From contig JAEDIW010000009.1 in the NCBI GenBank assembly GCA_016296655.1, positions 174 to 64,173 on the forward strand: a stretch of DNA of 64,000 bases, given 5' to 3'. Positions 20,180 to 30,062 of this stretch are shown here, piece after piece. The position numbers and the translations under genes were made by a program. The stretch's first letter is position 1. Each line of letters begins with the position of its first letter. Origin of the DNA: Treponema sp. (lineage in GTDB: Bacteria; Spirochaetota; Spirochaetia; Treponematales; Treponemataceae). The notes beneath the pieces are model-generated. The model had not been told where the DNA came from, did no database searches, and saw only the letters and a list, made by a program, of their open reading frames with translations.

Positions 20180-22150
20180 ATGAACGAAAAGGGAATTGCT
20201 GCTGCTGCATTGTCTATCCGCAGTTTGTCAATGGACGCAATTCAAAAGGCAAAATCTGGTCATCCAGGAATTGCAATGGGAGCTTCGGAACTGGCCGCTT
20301 TGCTTTATGGAGAAATAATGAAGCATAATCCTGCAAATTCAAAGTGGGCAGATCGCGACAGATTTGTTCTTTCTGCTGGTCATGGGTCCATGCTGCTGTA
20401 TTCAATTCTCCATTTGTCAGGTTATAAAGTTTCTCTTGATGATATAAAGAACTTCCGTCAGATTGGTTCTAAATGTGCAGGACATCCAGAATATGGTCTT
20501 ACTGACGGAGTTGAATGTACAACAGGACCACTTGGACAGGGTGTTTCTATGGCAGTTGGTATGGCTATTGCCGAAACAATGCTTGCTGCCCGTTATAATA
20601 CGGAAAAACACACAATCGTAGACCATTACACATATTCACTGGTAGGCGAAGGTTGTCTTCAGGAAGGTGTAGCTTCTGAAGCTTGCAGTCTTGCAGGGCA
20701 TTTAAAACTCGGAAAACTGATTGTTTTTTATGATGAAAACCGCATCAGTATTGACGGTTGTACAGACATCGCATTTACAGATGACATTCAGAAACGCTAT
20801 GAAGCCTATGGCTGGCAGGTATTGAAAGGTTCTATGTACGATGTGAACCAGATTGTAAAACTTACAGAAGAAGCTAAAGCTTGTACTGATAAACCTACTC
20901 TGATTATGCTCAAGTCTATAATCGGTAAGGGTGCTCCAAAACAGGGAACTCCAGATGTTCATGGAGCTCCTTTAGGCGATGAAGGCATTATTGCTGCTAA
21001 AAAGAATCTTGGTTTGCCAGAAGACAAGCAGTTTTATGTTGTTCCTGAAGCCTACGAATATTTTGAAAGCAAGAAAGCAGGCTTTGCAAAGGCAGAAGCA
21101 GACTGGAACACGAAATTTGAAGAATGGTCAAAGGAAAATCCAGAACTTAGAAAAGAATGGGATGCAGCTTTTGCCGGAAAAGCTACAGGGAAAGCAGAAG
21201 AGCCTGTTTATAAAATTGGCGATAAAGATGCAACCCGCAATGTAAACGGAAAAATGCTCAATGTAATGGTTCAGCGCTACAAGAGTCTTGTAGGTGGTTC
21301 TGCAGACCTTACAGGTTCAAATAAAACCAAGCTGACAGATGCAGATGGTACATATTCTGCAGAAAACAGAAAAGGCCGCTACATTGAATATGGAATCCGC
21401 GAGTTTGCAATGTCTGCTGTCTGCTGCGGTATAACGCTGCACGGTGGTTTGCGTGCTTTTGGTGCAACATTCCTGGTATTTGTTGACTATATGAGAGGTT
21501 CTTTGCGCCTTGCAGCATTGCAGAAAATCAATCCTATTTACATTCTTACGCACGATTCAATTTATGTTGGCGAAGACGGCCCTACTCATCAGCCGATAGA
21601 GACTTTTGCAGGTCTGCGTGCAATTCCAAATGTTCAGTTCCTGCGACCTGGAGATCCTGAAGAAACTGTTGTTGCATGGGAAATGGCTATGGAAAGTACA
21701 GACCATCCTGTTTGTATGGCATTTACACGACAGAATCTTGCTGTTTACGAAAAAGCTGACAAGGATTGGCGTAATACTGCCAGAAAAGGTGCTTATGTTG
21801 TCCTTGAAGGTGCTGAAACCCCAGATATTACAGTTCTTGCAACTGGTTCGGAAGTTAACATGGCATTGGATGCTGCAAAACTTGTTTCTGGCAAAAAAAT
21901 CCGTGTCGTTTCTGTAACAGATTTAACTTTGTTTGGAAAACAGGACAAGGCTTTCCAGGAAAAAATCATTGGCGGCGCAAAGCGTGTTGTTACTGCTGAA
22001 GCAGGAATCAGCATGGGCTGGGATCGTTTTGCAACAAGTCATGAAGATATTTTCTGCATTGACCGTTTTGGCGAGTCAGGACCTGCAGAAAAAGTTGCTG
22101 AATATCTTGGCTTTACGGCAGAAAAACTTGCTGAGCTTTTGAAAAAGTAA
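20180..22150 (+). CDS. tkt: Transketolase
   Basis: SGHPG, DRDRFVLSAGHGSM, TTGPLGQG, THDSIYVGEDGPTHQP. Confidence 0.98.
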   Translation: MNEKGIAAAALSIRSLSMDAIQKAKSGHPGIAMGASELAALLYGEIMKHNPANSKWADRDRFVLSAGHGSMLLYSILHLSGYKVSLDDIKNFRQIGSKCAGHPEYGLTDGVECTTGPLGQGVSMAVGMAIAETMLAARYNTEKHTIVDHYTYSLVGEGCLQEGVASEACSLAGHLKLGKLIVFYDENRISIDGCTDIAFTDDIQKRYEAYGWQVLKGSMYDVNQIVKLTEEAKACTDKPTLIMLKSIIGKGAPKQGTPDVHGAPLGDEGIIAAKKNLGLPEDKQFYVVPEAYEYFESKKAGFAKAEADWNTKFEEWSKENPELRKEWDAAFAGKATGKAEEPVYKIGDKDATRNVNGKMLNVMVQRYKSLVGGSADLTGSNKTKLTDADGTYSAENRKGRYIEYGIREFAMSAVCCGITLHGGLRAFGATFLVFVDYMRGSLRLAALQKINPIYILTHDSIYVGEDGPTHQPIETFAGLRAIPNVQFLRPGDPEETVVAWEMAMESTDHPVCMAFTRQNLAVYEKADKDWRNTARKGAYVVLEGAETPDITVLATGSEVNMALDAAKLVSGKKIRVVSVTDLTLFGKQDKAFQEKIIGGAKRVVTAEAGISMGWDRFATSHEDIFCIDRFGESGPAEKVAEYLGFTAEKLAELLKK

Positions 22151-22170
22151 TTTTTAGGCTTTCGTCTTGA

Positions 22171-22217
22171 AAGAGGACTGGCTTTTCTGTTTTGCAGGAA
22201 GTGGTCCTCTTTTTTTT
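22171..22217 (+). terminator. Intrinsic terminator of tkt
   Basis: AAGAGGACT...GGTCCTCTT plus T tract. Confidence 0.8.
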
Positions 22218-22403
22218 ATGGGCCATTTTTGCTGACGCAAAAACCAGGCTTTCCGCAACTACGGCTTTCGCCTACGGTGGCTGTCCCAAAAGTAAAGTTC
22301 ATAGTGTTATTCAGAATATACAGTGCAGATGCTGAAATAAGATTCAGCATGACAAACTGATTTGACAGCCACTGCCTTCGGCATTGCTCCAATCCTTTGT
22401 CCA
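22216..22403 (-). repeat. Structured intergenic element, family C copy 2
   Basis: Minus strand GGACAAAGGATTGGAGC...GCGGAAAGCCTGG-TTTTTGCGTCAGCAAAAA-TGGCCCATAAAAAAAA; 3' part resembles 27868-27915. Confidence 0.75.
22327..22354 (-). repeat. TGTC/CGTC-tagged REP-like palindrome nested in element C2
   Basis: TGTCATGCTGAA-tcttat-TTCAGCATCT on the minus strand. Confidence 0.7.
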
Positions 22404-22624
22404 GAAAATGCATCGGAAAATCTTACAGACGTAGCGGAAGTCTGTTGACTTATTCAAACTGAACCTACACGGTATGGAATCATGGCAATCCGCCGAATGT
22501 GAGTGATGGCACGTTGGTTTGAAATTTCATGTACCACTAAAAAAATAAAGCGTAAAAAAATTGCGGGCAAAAAAATCCCCTGTTCATGCAAGGCAGACAG
22601 GGGAAATGTTGAAAAAGGTGGAAA

Positions 22625-23386
22625 TTAATATTCGTCGGCGTATTCGTTTTCGGGAACTGACAGAATTTCTTCCTGAATGATTGCTTCGATTTTGTCTTCG
22701 TCCAAAGCATTGACAAGGGCTGTAAACTGTTTTTTTGTCATGAAGAATGTCATTCGTGGGGAACCGTCGCCAGGTTCAACATCAACTCCAGGTGCAAATG
22801 GTTCTGCTTCTGCAGGCCAAAGGGTAATGCAGAAATACGGTGAATTTTTAAAGAACCTGTAACCAAGAGTTGTTTTTGGTTTGGTAATAGTTGCCGTTCC
22901 TATCATGCCCTGCCGATATTCTGTGATTGTAGAACCATACACGTTGTACGTTTTTCTGGAAGTTTTTGACAGCAGATGCTTTTCAAAATCGGAAAAATAC
23001 TGTTTATAGGCATTTCTGAATGCTTCTCGGCTACTTGCGTCAAGGTAAATGTAGGATTTTGCAACAAGAGAAACAATTTCAACGACTACAGCTTTTGCCT
23101 TCGGATAGTAATGGTATCTTACGGCGCTTTGCTTTATGTCTGTACCGAATGTATTGTATTCAAAGAGTGAACCTTCTCCTATTCCAATTGGCTTGTCGCC
23201 GTGCAGCAGTGAAGTTGTGGCCTCTGCCAGAGATTTAGACAGGGATGAAGAGGATTTTTTATTTATATTGGCTTCTTCATAGGTGTCTGGGGATTCTTGT
23301 GCATAAATCATTGCAAAGCAAGAAATTAAACTTGCAAGAATTAATGTGGCAATCTTGTTTGATGTAGTAATTTTCATAATGTTCAT
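22625..23386 (-). CDS. Hypothetical exported protein
   Basis: 253 aa, N-terminal signal peptide (...AMIYA/QE), acidic C-terminus. Confidence 0.8.
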   Translation of the reverse strand: MNIMKITTSNKIATLILASLISCFAMIYAQESPDTYEEANINKKSSSSLSKSLAEATTSLLHGDKPIGIGEGSLFEYNTFGTDIKQSAVRYHYYPKAKAVVVEIVSLVAKSYIYLDASSREAFRNAYKQYFSDFEKHLLSKTSRKTYNVYGSTITEYRQGMIGTATITKPKTTLGYRFFKNSPYFCITLWPAEAEPFAPGVDVEPGDGSPRMTFFMTKKQFTALVNALDEDKIEAIIQEEILSVPENEYADEY

Positions 23387-23463
23387 AATACCTTAATAAC
23401 AAATCAAAAGACAAGTGGTTACTTATGTTTTTCAAAAAAGTATGTCTGGCTCTTGTGTGGATA

Positions 23464-23492
23464 TTGAAAAAAAAGGCTTTTAACGGTATTCT
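23464..23492 (+). promoter_or_regulatory. Putative sigma70 promoter of pfk
   Basis: TTGAAA-17 bp-TATTCT. Confidence 0.5.
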
Positions 23493-23558
23493 TATTTGGT
23501 TAGACACGGAGTAAAGGTAGAATTTTATCTGCTGAAAAAACTATCGGAGGAGTATAAA

Positions 23559-24950
23559 ATGTCTTGTAAACCGCTTGAAAATGATTTTACAATTGAAAAT
23601 CTGGGACCTTGTAAGGTACCGTCTCCTATTGAATTGGCTCATTCTCATGGAGAATTCCGCGCCAATTATGTTCAGGATACAAGTTTCGTAAGGCATAACA
23701 TCAATTTTTATTCAGATTCACCGACTGAGGATGATTTAACTGTCAATAATTTAATGGAAAAAGCTGGTCCGCGTGCCCAGATTTATTTTGATCCAGTTCA
23801 TGTAAATGCAGCAATCTGTACTTGTGGTGGTCTTTGTCCTGGATTAAACGATGTTATTCGTGCAGTTGTACGTTGTCTGTACAAGCGTTATGGTGTTCAT
23901 AGAATTACAGGTTTCCGCTTTGGTTACAAAGGTTTTTTGAATGAATATGCATTTGATACTGTTCCTTTGAATCCTGACAATGTTGATACAATTCATAAGA
24001 TTGGCGGTTCTTTCCTTGGTACAAGCCGTGGTGGTGGAAACCGCGTTGTTGACATTGTTGACTGCATTGAACGTATGAACATCAATCAGCTGTATGTAAT
24101 TGGAGGTGATGGAACTCAGCGCGGTTCTTATGATATTGCCTGCGAAATTGAAAAACGTGGTCTGAAATGTGCAGTAATCGGAATCCCTAAAACTGTTGAC
24201 AATGACCTTGAGTTTATCGACCGTTCGTTTGGTTTTGAAACTGCCGTTGAAAAGGCAACTGATGCTGTCCGCAGCGTTCACATGGAAGCTTATTCTCAGG
24301 TTAACGGTATAGGTCTTGTAAAACTTATGGGCCGTGAATCAGGCTTTATTGCGATGGCAACAGCTATTGCAAGTCATGAAACAAATTTCTGCCTGATTCC
24401 TGAAATTCCTTTTGATTTGGATGGACCTAACGGCTTCCTTGCTCATTTGGAAAAACGTCTGGAAAAACGTCAGCACGCTGTTATCGTTGTTGCAGAAGGC
24501 GCAGGACAGGAACTTTTGAATGCTACAAATCAGACTGATGCTTCCGGCAATAAAAAACTTGCAGACATTGGTACTTTCTTGAAAGAAAAAATCAATGAAT
24601 ATTTTGAATCAAAGGGAATCCACATCAATTTAAAATATATTGACCCTAGTTATCAGGTTCGTGCAGCGGTTACAAATGCCAACGATTCTATTTACTGTGA
24701 ACGTCTTGGAAACAATGCTGTTCATGCTGCAATGGCAGGCAAGACAAAAATGGTAGTAGGTCTTGTTCACGACAAATATGTTCATCTGCCTATAAAAATG
24801 GTAACTCGTAAGAGAAAGTTTGTTGATCCTGAAGGTTCAATGTGGCGCGATGCTTTGGATGCTACAGGACAGCCTATCCTTATGGTAAACAATATGAATA
24901 CAGCAAAAGAGCGCATGGAAAAAATGTGCGGTCTTAATGAAAAAAAATAA
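23559..24950 (+). CDS. pfkA: 6-phosphofructokinase, clade-X type, probably ATP-dependent
   Basis: [15 protein letters not shown] (Gly form rather than GGDD), [24 protein letters not shown] before ATG 23559. Confidence 0.92.
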   Translation: MSCKPLENDFTIENLGPCKVPSPIELAHSHGEFRANYVQDTSFVRHNINFYSDSPTEDDLTVNNLMEKAGPRAQIYFDPVHVNAAICTCGGLCPGLNDVIRAVVRCLYKRYGVHRITGFRFGYKGFLNEYAFDTVPLNPDNVDTIHKIGGSFLGTSRGGGNRVVDIVDCIERMNINQLYVIGGDGTQRGSYDIACEIEKRGLKCAVIGIPKTVDNDLEFIDRSFGFETAVEKATDAVRSVHMEAYSQVNGIGLVKLMGRESGFIAMATAIASHETNFCLIPEIPFDLDGPNGFLAHLEKRLEKRQHAVIVVAEGAGQELLNATNQTDASGNKKLADIGTFLKEKINEYFESKGIHINLKYIDPSYQVRAAVTNANDSIYCERLGNNAVHAAMAGKTKMVVGLVHDKYVHLPIKMVTRKRKFVDPEGSMWRDALDATGQPILMVNNMNTAKERMEKMCGLNEKK

Positions 24951-25040
24951 GCTGAAATAAGCTGAAAATTTTTACTGTTGAAAAGCCTTGCCTTCTTGAA
25001 GTAAGGCCACTGAAAAAGTCTGTTAAAGACTGAATTTACA

Positions 25041-25085
25041 AACACCATTTGAATAGAGTAAAATTTATTCAGGTGGTGTTTTTTT
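25041..25085 (+). terminator. Terminator of pfk
   Basis: AACACCATTTGAATA...TATTCAGGTGGTGTT plus T tract. Confidence 0.7.
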
Positions 25086-25154
25086 ATGCAAAGTTGAAAA
25101 ATTGATAAAGATTGAATTTAAAAAACTTGTAAAAACAGGGATTAACTGCAAAAA

Positions 25155-25206
25155 AAAACGGCGCAGTCAAGACTCTAATCGTAAGCATTTCTTGACCCGC
25201 CGTTTT
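25155..25206. repeat. Degenerate family-A hairpin, probable terminator of cstA
   Basis: AAAACGGCGCAGTCAAGA...TCTTGACCCGCCGTTTT resembles AAAACGGCGAAGTCAAGG...CCTTGAC of family A. Confidence 0.6.
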
Positions 25207-25238
25207 ACCTTTAAAAGAAATCTTTATTCAGGATTTTT

Positions 25239-26885
25239 TTAGGCATTCTTTTTTGTGAATACTTTAACAGCTTCGATAACCTGAAGAACTGCAAGAACAA
25301 AGAGAACACAGCCAATAACTGCAAGTGGAATAAATCCGCCTTCTTTGAAGTTCTTGATGATAAGAAGAACAAGTGCTGTGAATGTTACTGCGAACATGAA
25401 TACAACAGGAATGAGTGTTTCGAAAGTCTTTTTGCCTTTATTCAAAATCCATGAACTTACAGCGAGCAATGCAAGTGCTGCAAGAAGCTGGTTTGCAGAA
25501 CCGAAGATTGGCCAGATTTTTGCGTAACCTGCAACAAGGAAGATTACTGAAACAACGATTGTAAGGCCTGTTGCAACGTACATGTTGTTGCATGATTTTG
25601 TAACAACATTTGGATTCTTTGCAGAACCTGCAAGTTCCTGCATAAGGTAGCGACCAATACGTGTTGCTGTGTCAAGAGATGTAAGTGCAAATGCAGAATA
25701 AGCCAATGTTACGAATACTTTGCCGATTGAAAGTGGAACACCGAATGCATTCATGAAGTCTGCAACACCATTTGCAAATGCAACTGCTGGTGCGCCGAGT
25801 TTGTCACCGCCAATAGTTGTAACACCATCTTTTGAAAGATAGCAGACTACGATAAGGGCAACAACTGCAAGACAGCCTTCTACGAGCATTGAACCGTAAC
25901 CAATCATCTGAGCTTCTTTTTCATTTTTGAGCTGCTTTGATGTAGTTCCTGAAGAAATCAGCGAATGGAAACCTGAAATTGCACCACAGGCAACTGTTAC
26001 GAAAAGAACAGGGAACAATGTAGAACCGTTCTTTAATGTAAAGCCTGCAAATGGAGTAAGGTTTACAGTTGGCTGTTTGATGATAAGACCAACAAGTGCA
26101 CCTGCCATCATTGCATAAAGCAGGAATGAACACAGGTAGTCACGTGGCTGCAACAAAAGCCATACTGGAAGTGTAGATGCCAGAATGATGTAAACGATGA
26201 GGATGAAACGCCATGTATTCTTAGAAAATTTAAGGACAGGGCAGAAATAGCCGATTGCAATTGCACCGATAATGCAGAGAACACCAAGAATTGTGCTTAT
26301 GCCAAGGTTTGCATTGAGCTTTGTGCGTGCAATACCAAAAATAACTGCAATTACAATGAACAGAATAGAAGCTGTTCCGGCCTGAGGACCTGTAAGAGCT
26401 GTTGGTGCAGATGGATTATAGGCGAAAGAACTTGCACAGATGTCTGTGAATGCTGCAACAACCAGTGTAATTGTTGCCCATGCATACCAGTTGAATATTT
26501 TCTTTGCGCGGCTGGAAACATTTGAATTGATGATTTCTCCGATTGATTTACCATCGTTGTCCAAAGATGCTGCCAAAGCACCGTAGTCATGAACACCACC
26601 TACGAAAATTGAACCAAACAAACACCACAGGTAGACAGGAATCCAGCCGAAAGGAGCAGCAAGAATTGGTCCTGTGATTGGGCCTGCTCCGGCAATAGAT
26701 GAAAAGTGATGTCCAAAAAGGACGCGTGAATCAGTTGGAACATAATCCCGGTTGTCTGCCAGCCTTGTTGCTGGAGTTGCCCTGTTAGAATCAATGCCCC
26801 ATTTTTTTGTTAAGTGTCTGCCATAAAGCAGATATGCAATGGTGAAAAGAACAATTGCTCCGATTAAAAGAATTAAAGAATTCAT
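25239..26885 (-). CDS. cstA: Carbon starvation protein A family transporter
   Basis: DYVPT..VLFGHHFSSIAGAGPITGP, ACGAISGFHSL, IWPIFGSANQLLA. Confidence 0.96.
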   Translation of the reverse strand: MNSLILLIGAIVLFTIAYLLYGRHLTKKWGIDSNRATPATRLADNRDYVPTDSRVLFGHHFSSIAGAGPITGPILAAPFGWIPVYLWCLFGSIFVGGVHDYGALAASLDNDGKSIGEIINSNVSSRAKKIFNWYAWATITLVVAAFTDICASSFAYNPSAPTALTGPQAGTASILFIVIAVIFGIARTKLNANLGISTILGVLCIIGAIAIGYFCPVLKFSKNTWRFILIVYIILASTLPVWLLLQPRDYLCSFLLYAMMAGALVGLIIKQPTVNLTPFAGFTLKNGSTLFPVLFVTVACGAISGFHSLISSGTTSKQLKNEKEAQMIGYGSMLVEGCLAVVALIVVCYLSKDGVTTIGGDKLGAPAVAFANGVADFMNAFGVPLSIGKVFVTLAYSAFALTSLDTATRIGRYLMQELAGSAKNPNVVTKSCNNMYVATGLTIVVSVIFLVAGYAKIWPIFGSANQLLAALALLAVSSWILNKGKKTFETLIPVVFMFAVTFTALVLLIIKNFKEGGFIPLAVIGCVLFVLAVLQVIEAVKVFTKKNA

Positions 26886-27014
26886 TTTAATTGGCCTCCT
26901 AAAAAGATTAAGAACTCACTGAAAAGTCATTTTATATGTCTTTCAGAGATTAGTGCGGTTTCTGTTTGCTGTAACAGCATAATTAAAAAACCGCATATAT
27001 AAAGATTTACTGCT

Positions 27015-27509
27015 TTAAGTGTTTGCAGTAAAAACTTTTTTATGAATTCTGCCTGCCCAGTTTGAGTAAACTTTGTTGTCCTGCAGGTTTACCAGCAGAA
27101 GATGAACTTCTGTCCATCCCCAAAACAAGAAGCGGAATGCTTTTGAAAATTTAAATTTTTTTATTTTTGAAAGCGTTGCTGGTGAAACGTCTTTTTCTGT
27201 TACAAAAACCCTTGTAACTACAGTTGATTTGTGATGTCTTGAAGGATTTGCCGAAGAAATTGCAATATCAGGCAGCTTTGCCAGTTCTGAATCAATTGTC
27301 TGTTCATCCTGAAGGTTTGACAAAAGGCAAAATTCTTTGGAATCCAGATAATCCATTACATTTTCTTTGAATAACGCAGTTTGAATTTGTCTTGAAGAAA
27401 ATTCTGCTGCCAAATCGTAGTTTTGTGCAAGATGAGTATTGTCTGGCAGAAAAGAAAAATAGGCTTCAAGCCTTTCTTTTATCAAGTTTTTGTATTCAGA
27501 GAATTTCAT
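27015..27509 (-). CDS. Hypothetical protein (164 aa)
   Basis: ORF fills the gap, plausible composition, followed by TGCGGTTT/AAACCGCA hairpin. Confidence 0.75.
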   Translation of the reverse strand: MKFSEYKNLIKERLEAYFSFLPDNTHLAQNYDLAAEFSSRQIQTALFKENVMDYLDSKEFCLLSNLQDEQTIDSELAKLPDIAISSANPSRHHKSTVVTRVFVTEKDVSPATLSKIKKFKFSKAFRFLFWGWTEVHLLLVNLQDNKVYSNWAGRIHKKVFTANT

Positions 27510-27618
27510 TTCACTTAAAAATATACAGTATTGTTAAAGATTTTTCTAGAGTAAATAGAGAAATTTTAGAATTTGCATATTGAATTTTAATTTTTTTTGC
27601 AGTTTTTCTATGAACTCA

Positions 27619-27915
27619 TGTGCAGGGCTGTTCGTATTTTACGTATGCGCTCACGCGCATGGCCTTGCCGCTCATTCTTCGCGGCAAGGATAGAACAGCC
27701 ACAATGGGCTGTTCCTGCGAGTTTTCTGACGAAAACTCGTATTTTATATATGCGCTTACGCGCATGCCTTGCCGCTTATTCTTCGCGGCAAGGATAGGAG
27801 GGCCTTTAGTCCACTGGAGCGAAGGAGCCTGCGACTGAGTGAAGCGGATGGAGCGGCAGCGGAAGCCCGGATAGCCTGGTTTTGCGCAGTGAAACGGAGC
27901 AAAAGCCGCCCATAT
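27619..27915 (+). repeat. Structured intergenic element, family C copy 3, with internal tandem duplication
   Basis: CAGGGCTGTTCG (27623-27634) pairs with CGGATAGCCTG (27868-27878); two copies of ATGCGC-x4-GCGCAT plus CCTTGCCGC-x9-GCGGCAAGG; ends GCCGCCCATATTATAAAAAAA. Confidence 0.85.
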
Positions 27916-27949
27916 TATAAAAAAATCGAGTTCTTATCTGTTGATTGCC

Positions 27950-28645
27950 TTAATTTAAGTAAAATTCCAGTTTGTCTGAAACGGTAAGAAGCTGAGTCAG
28001 AGGAACTTCAAAGGTTTTGGATTTTCCAGGGATAGAAAGGTAGATGCTTATTCTGGAGGCTAGAAGTTCATCGGCAATCTGCTGACCATACACGCTTGAA
28101 ACAAGTTCTGTGTATTCTGAAAGCTGCATTGATTCTCCTGAAAAAACGGGAGCCATAAGCAAATCAATGTATGATTGAACGTCTTCGTCCATGGAATTTT
28201 TTATCTGGAAGGCAATTTCTGGTGAAATTGTAAAAGTCAGGCTGCTGCCTGTAAATTTCAGAGTTTGGGCAAGAATATTCTGCTTGTTTTTTAGGTCTGG
28301 AAGCTGTGCTGAAAAATCGACACTTGTACGTTTTGGGGTTTTTACCTGAATATTTTTCAGGCCGGAATGTGTCAGACTGTTTTTTATGGCTGAACTGTCA
28401 AAAAAAGGTGTTTCTGTTTCCGAAGAATTTGGCGGATTGTCAGAACTGGAAAGGGAAACTATTAAATTTTCGAGGGCAGTTCCCATTGATGAGGCGAATT
28501 CTATGTCTGCATTGCCTGCTTTGTCAACTGAAATTTTTATCTGTCCGTTACAGGAAGAAAGCAGAATGGCTAGAATTGGCAGAATTATTAGAAAAGGCTT
28601 GAAGTTTTTTTTGACTCTTGCATTTTGTTTTACGCAAATACTCAT
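27950..28645 (-). CDS. Hypothetical lipoprotein
   Basis: Basic N-terminus, hydrophobic stretch, LLSSC lipobox. Confidence 0.8.
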   Translation of the reverse strand: MSICVKQNARVKKNFKPFLIILPILAILLSSCNGQIKISVDKAGNADIEFASSMGTALENLIVSLSSSDNPPNSSETETPFFDSSAIKNSLTHSGLKNIQVKTPKRTSVDFSAQLPDLKNKQNILAQTLKFTGSSLTFTISPEIAFQIKNSMDEDVQSYIDLLMAPVFSGESMQLSEYTELVSSVYGQQIADELLASRISIYLSIPGKSKTFEVPLTQLLTVSDKLEFYLN

Positions 28646-28679
28646 TTGTTCTTCCTGTTTTATGTTTTTTTTAAGTTAA

Positions 28680-28777
28680 GGACGTGCTGATTAACATTTG
28701 ATGTGATTACTCTGCACTGCCTGTTAAATTGTCCGTAAGTTATTGACTTACGGACAATTAGCTGCATTCAGTTTTCC
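28680..28777. mobile_element. MITE family B, internally deleted copy (98 bp), TTAA direct repeats
   Basis: TTAA|GGACGTGCTGATTAA...TTCAGTTTTCC|TTAA; homologous to 30063-30198. Confidence 0.8.
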
Positions 28778-30037
28778 TTAAAAAAACATTGAGAATGGCA
28801 AGGTTACGCGGATTCCTGTAGAAAAAACAAGACCTGCTGCCAGACTGTTTTTGGGAGAAAGGGCGGAACCGTCTTCTTTGTTGAAAACAGAGTAGGAAAT
28901 GTCCTGATAAAGGGAAACTTTTACATCTCCTTTTGTAAGGGACGGAGTGTTCCAGGTAAAGCCAATGATTCCTGGAAAAATAGAAGCTTCAATCTCGACA
29001 TCATCGTCGCCTGGAAGTTCTGCACTGCCCAGTGTAAGAACAGGACCTGCATAGCAGCGGAAATATTCGCTCGGTGTAATGCTTAGGGCTACTGGAACTT
29101 GGATTACGCCACAGCCTGAGTTAAATTTGAAGCCTGAATAAATTCCTGGCTGCAGAGGCCAGTCTTTGCGGCTTAAATTTGCAGTGAGTGGAATTCCGCG
29201 GAAATTCAGATTAAAACGTTTTGATGTAAACAAAGCCCAGTCAACTCCAGTAGAGGCATCCAGTACAATTTTACTTGCTGAGCCTGTTTTTTTTCTGGAA
29301 TTAGATGTGCTTTTTTTTGTGCGGGCAGATGTTTTGCCGGCAGCTGATTTTGAAGAGTTTTTTGCAGATGCAGTTTTTGATGCGGTTGTTTTTGAAGAGG
29401 TTGCTGCAGTTGATTTTCCAGAGTCCGAAGAATTTGAAACTGAGTCTGTTTTCTGCGAATTTGCGGCAAGTATAAGGGATGTTGCATCTGTTCCTGCTGC
29501 TGCAACGGCGATGTCTGCATCTTCTTCGTCTACAGGGTCAGAAAATTGTGCGCTTGGCAAAAAACGGCCGGAACCTGCATAGGCATTTTTCCAAGTAGAT
29601 TCTTTTAGGGAAGAAATGATAACTCCTGTATTAGGACCGTCGCTTACGGCATGCATGAACTGATTTTTGCCAATATAAAGGCCTGCATGAGAGATTGTTC
29701 CGTCTCCAGTTGTCCTGAAGAATACAATATCGCCTTTTTCCAGCTGGTTCTGGGGAATGACTTGTACAAAAGAATACAGGGCTTTTACAGTTCTAGGCAG
29801 CTGAATTCCTGTAGATTCACTTGCTGTTGTATAGATAAAGCCGGAGCAGTCAAAAGAGTTAGGTCCGATTGCTCCATATTCATAAGCAGCTCCGGCATAT
29901 TTTTTTGCATTATCAACCAATGCTGCGCGGACTTTTGCTGCGTCCTGAACAGTAACTGTCTGGGCAAAAATATTGCCTGTGGCAAGCAGGACTGTGAAAA
30001 TTATGAAAAAAATAAAATTAGTGCGTTTTTCTGTCAT
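28778..30037 (-). CDS. NlpC/P60 (C40) peptidoglycan peptidase with S/T/K-rich linker and C-terminal beta-rich domain
   Basis: Signal peptide; YEYG...FDCSGF...LPRT...GDIVFF...SHAGLYIG...FMHA. Confidence 0.9.
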   Translation of the reverse strand: MTEKRTNFIFFIIFTVLLATGNIFAQTVTVQDAAKVRAALVDNAKKYAGAAYEYGAIGPNSFDCSGFIYTTASESTGIQLPRTVKALYSFVQVIPQNQLEKGDIVFFRTTGDGTISHAGLYIGKNQFMHAVSDGPNTGVIISSLKESTWKNAYAGSGRFLPSAQFSDPVDEEDADIAVAAAGTDATSLILAANSQKTDSVSNSSDSGKSTAATSSKTTASKTASAKNSSKSAAGKTSARTKKSTSNSRKKTGSASKIVLDASTGVDWALFTSKRFNLNFRGIPLTANLSRKDWPLQPGIYSGFKFNSGCGVIQVPVALSITPSEYFRCYAGPVLTLGSAELPGDDDVEIEASIFPGIIGFTWNTPSLTKGDVKVSLYQDISYSVFNKEDGSALSPKNSLAAGLVFSTGIRVTLPFSMFF

Positions 30038-30062
30038 TGTTCTATCCTTGTTTTATCCTTAG

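Noticed and set aside
27625..27805. Possible CRISPR array or tRNA pair
   Set aside because: Only two long units, no unique spacers of regular length, no cas genes, no T-loop or D-loop consensus
27597..27987. Three overlapping short ORFs over the GC-rich repeat
   Set aside because: No SD, atypical composition, explained by stop-poor palindromic DNA
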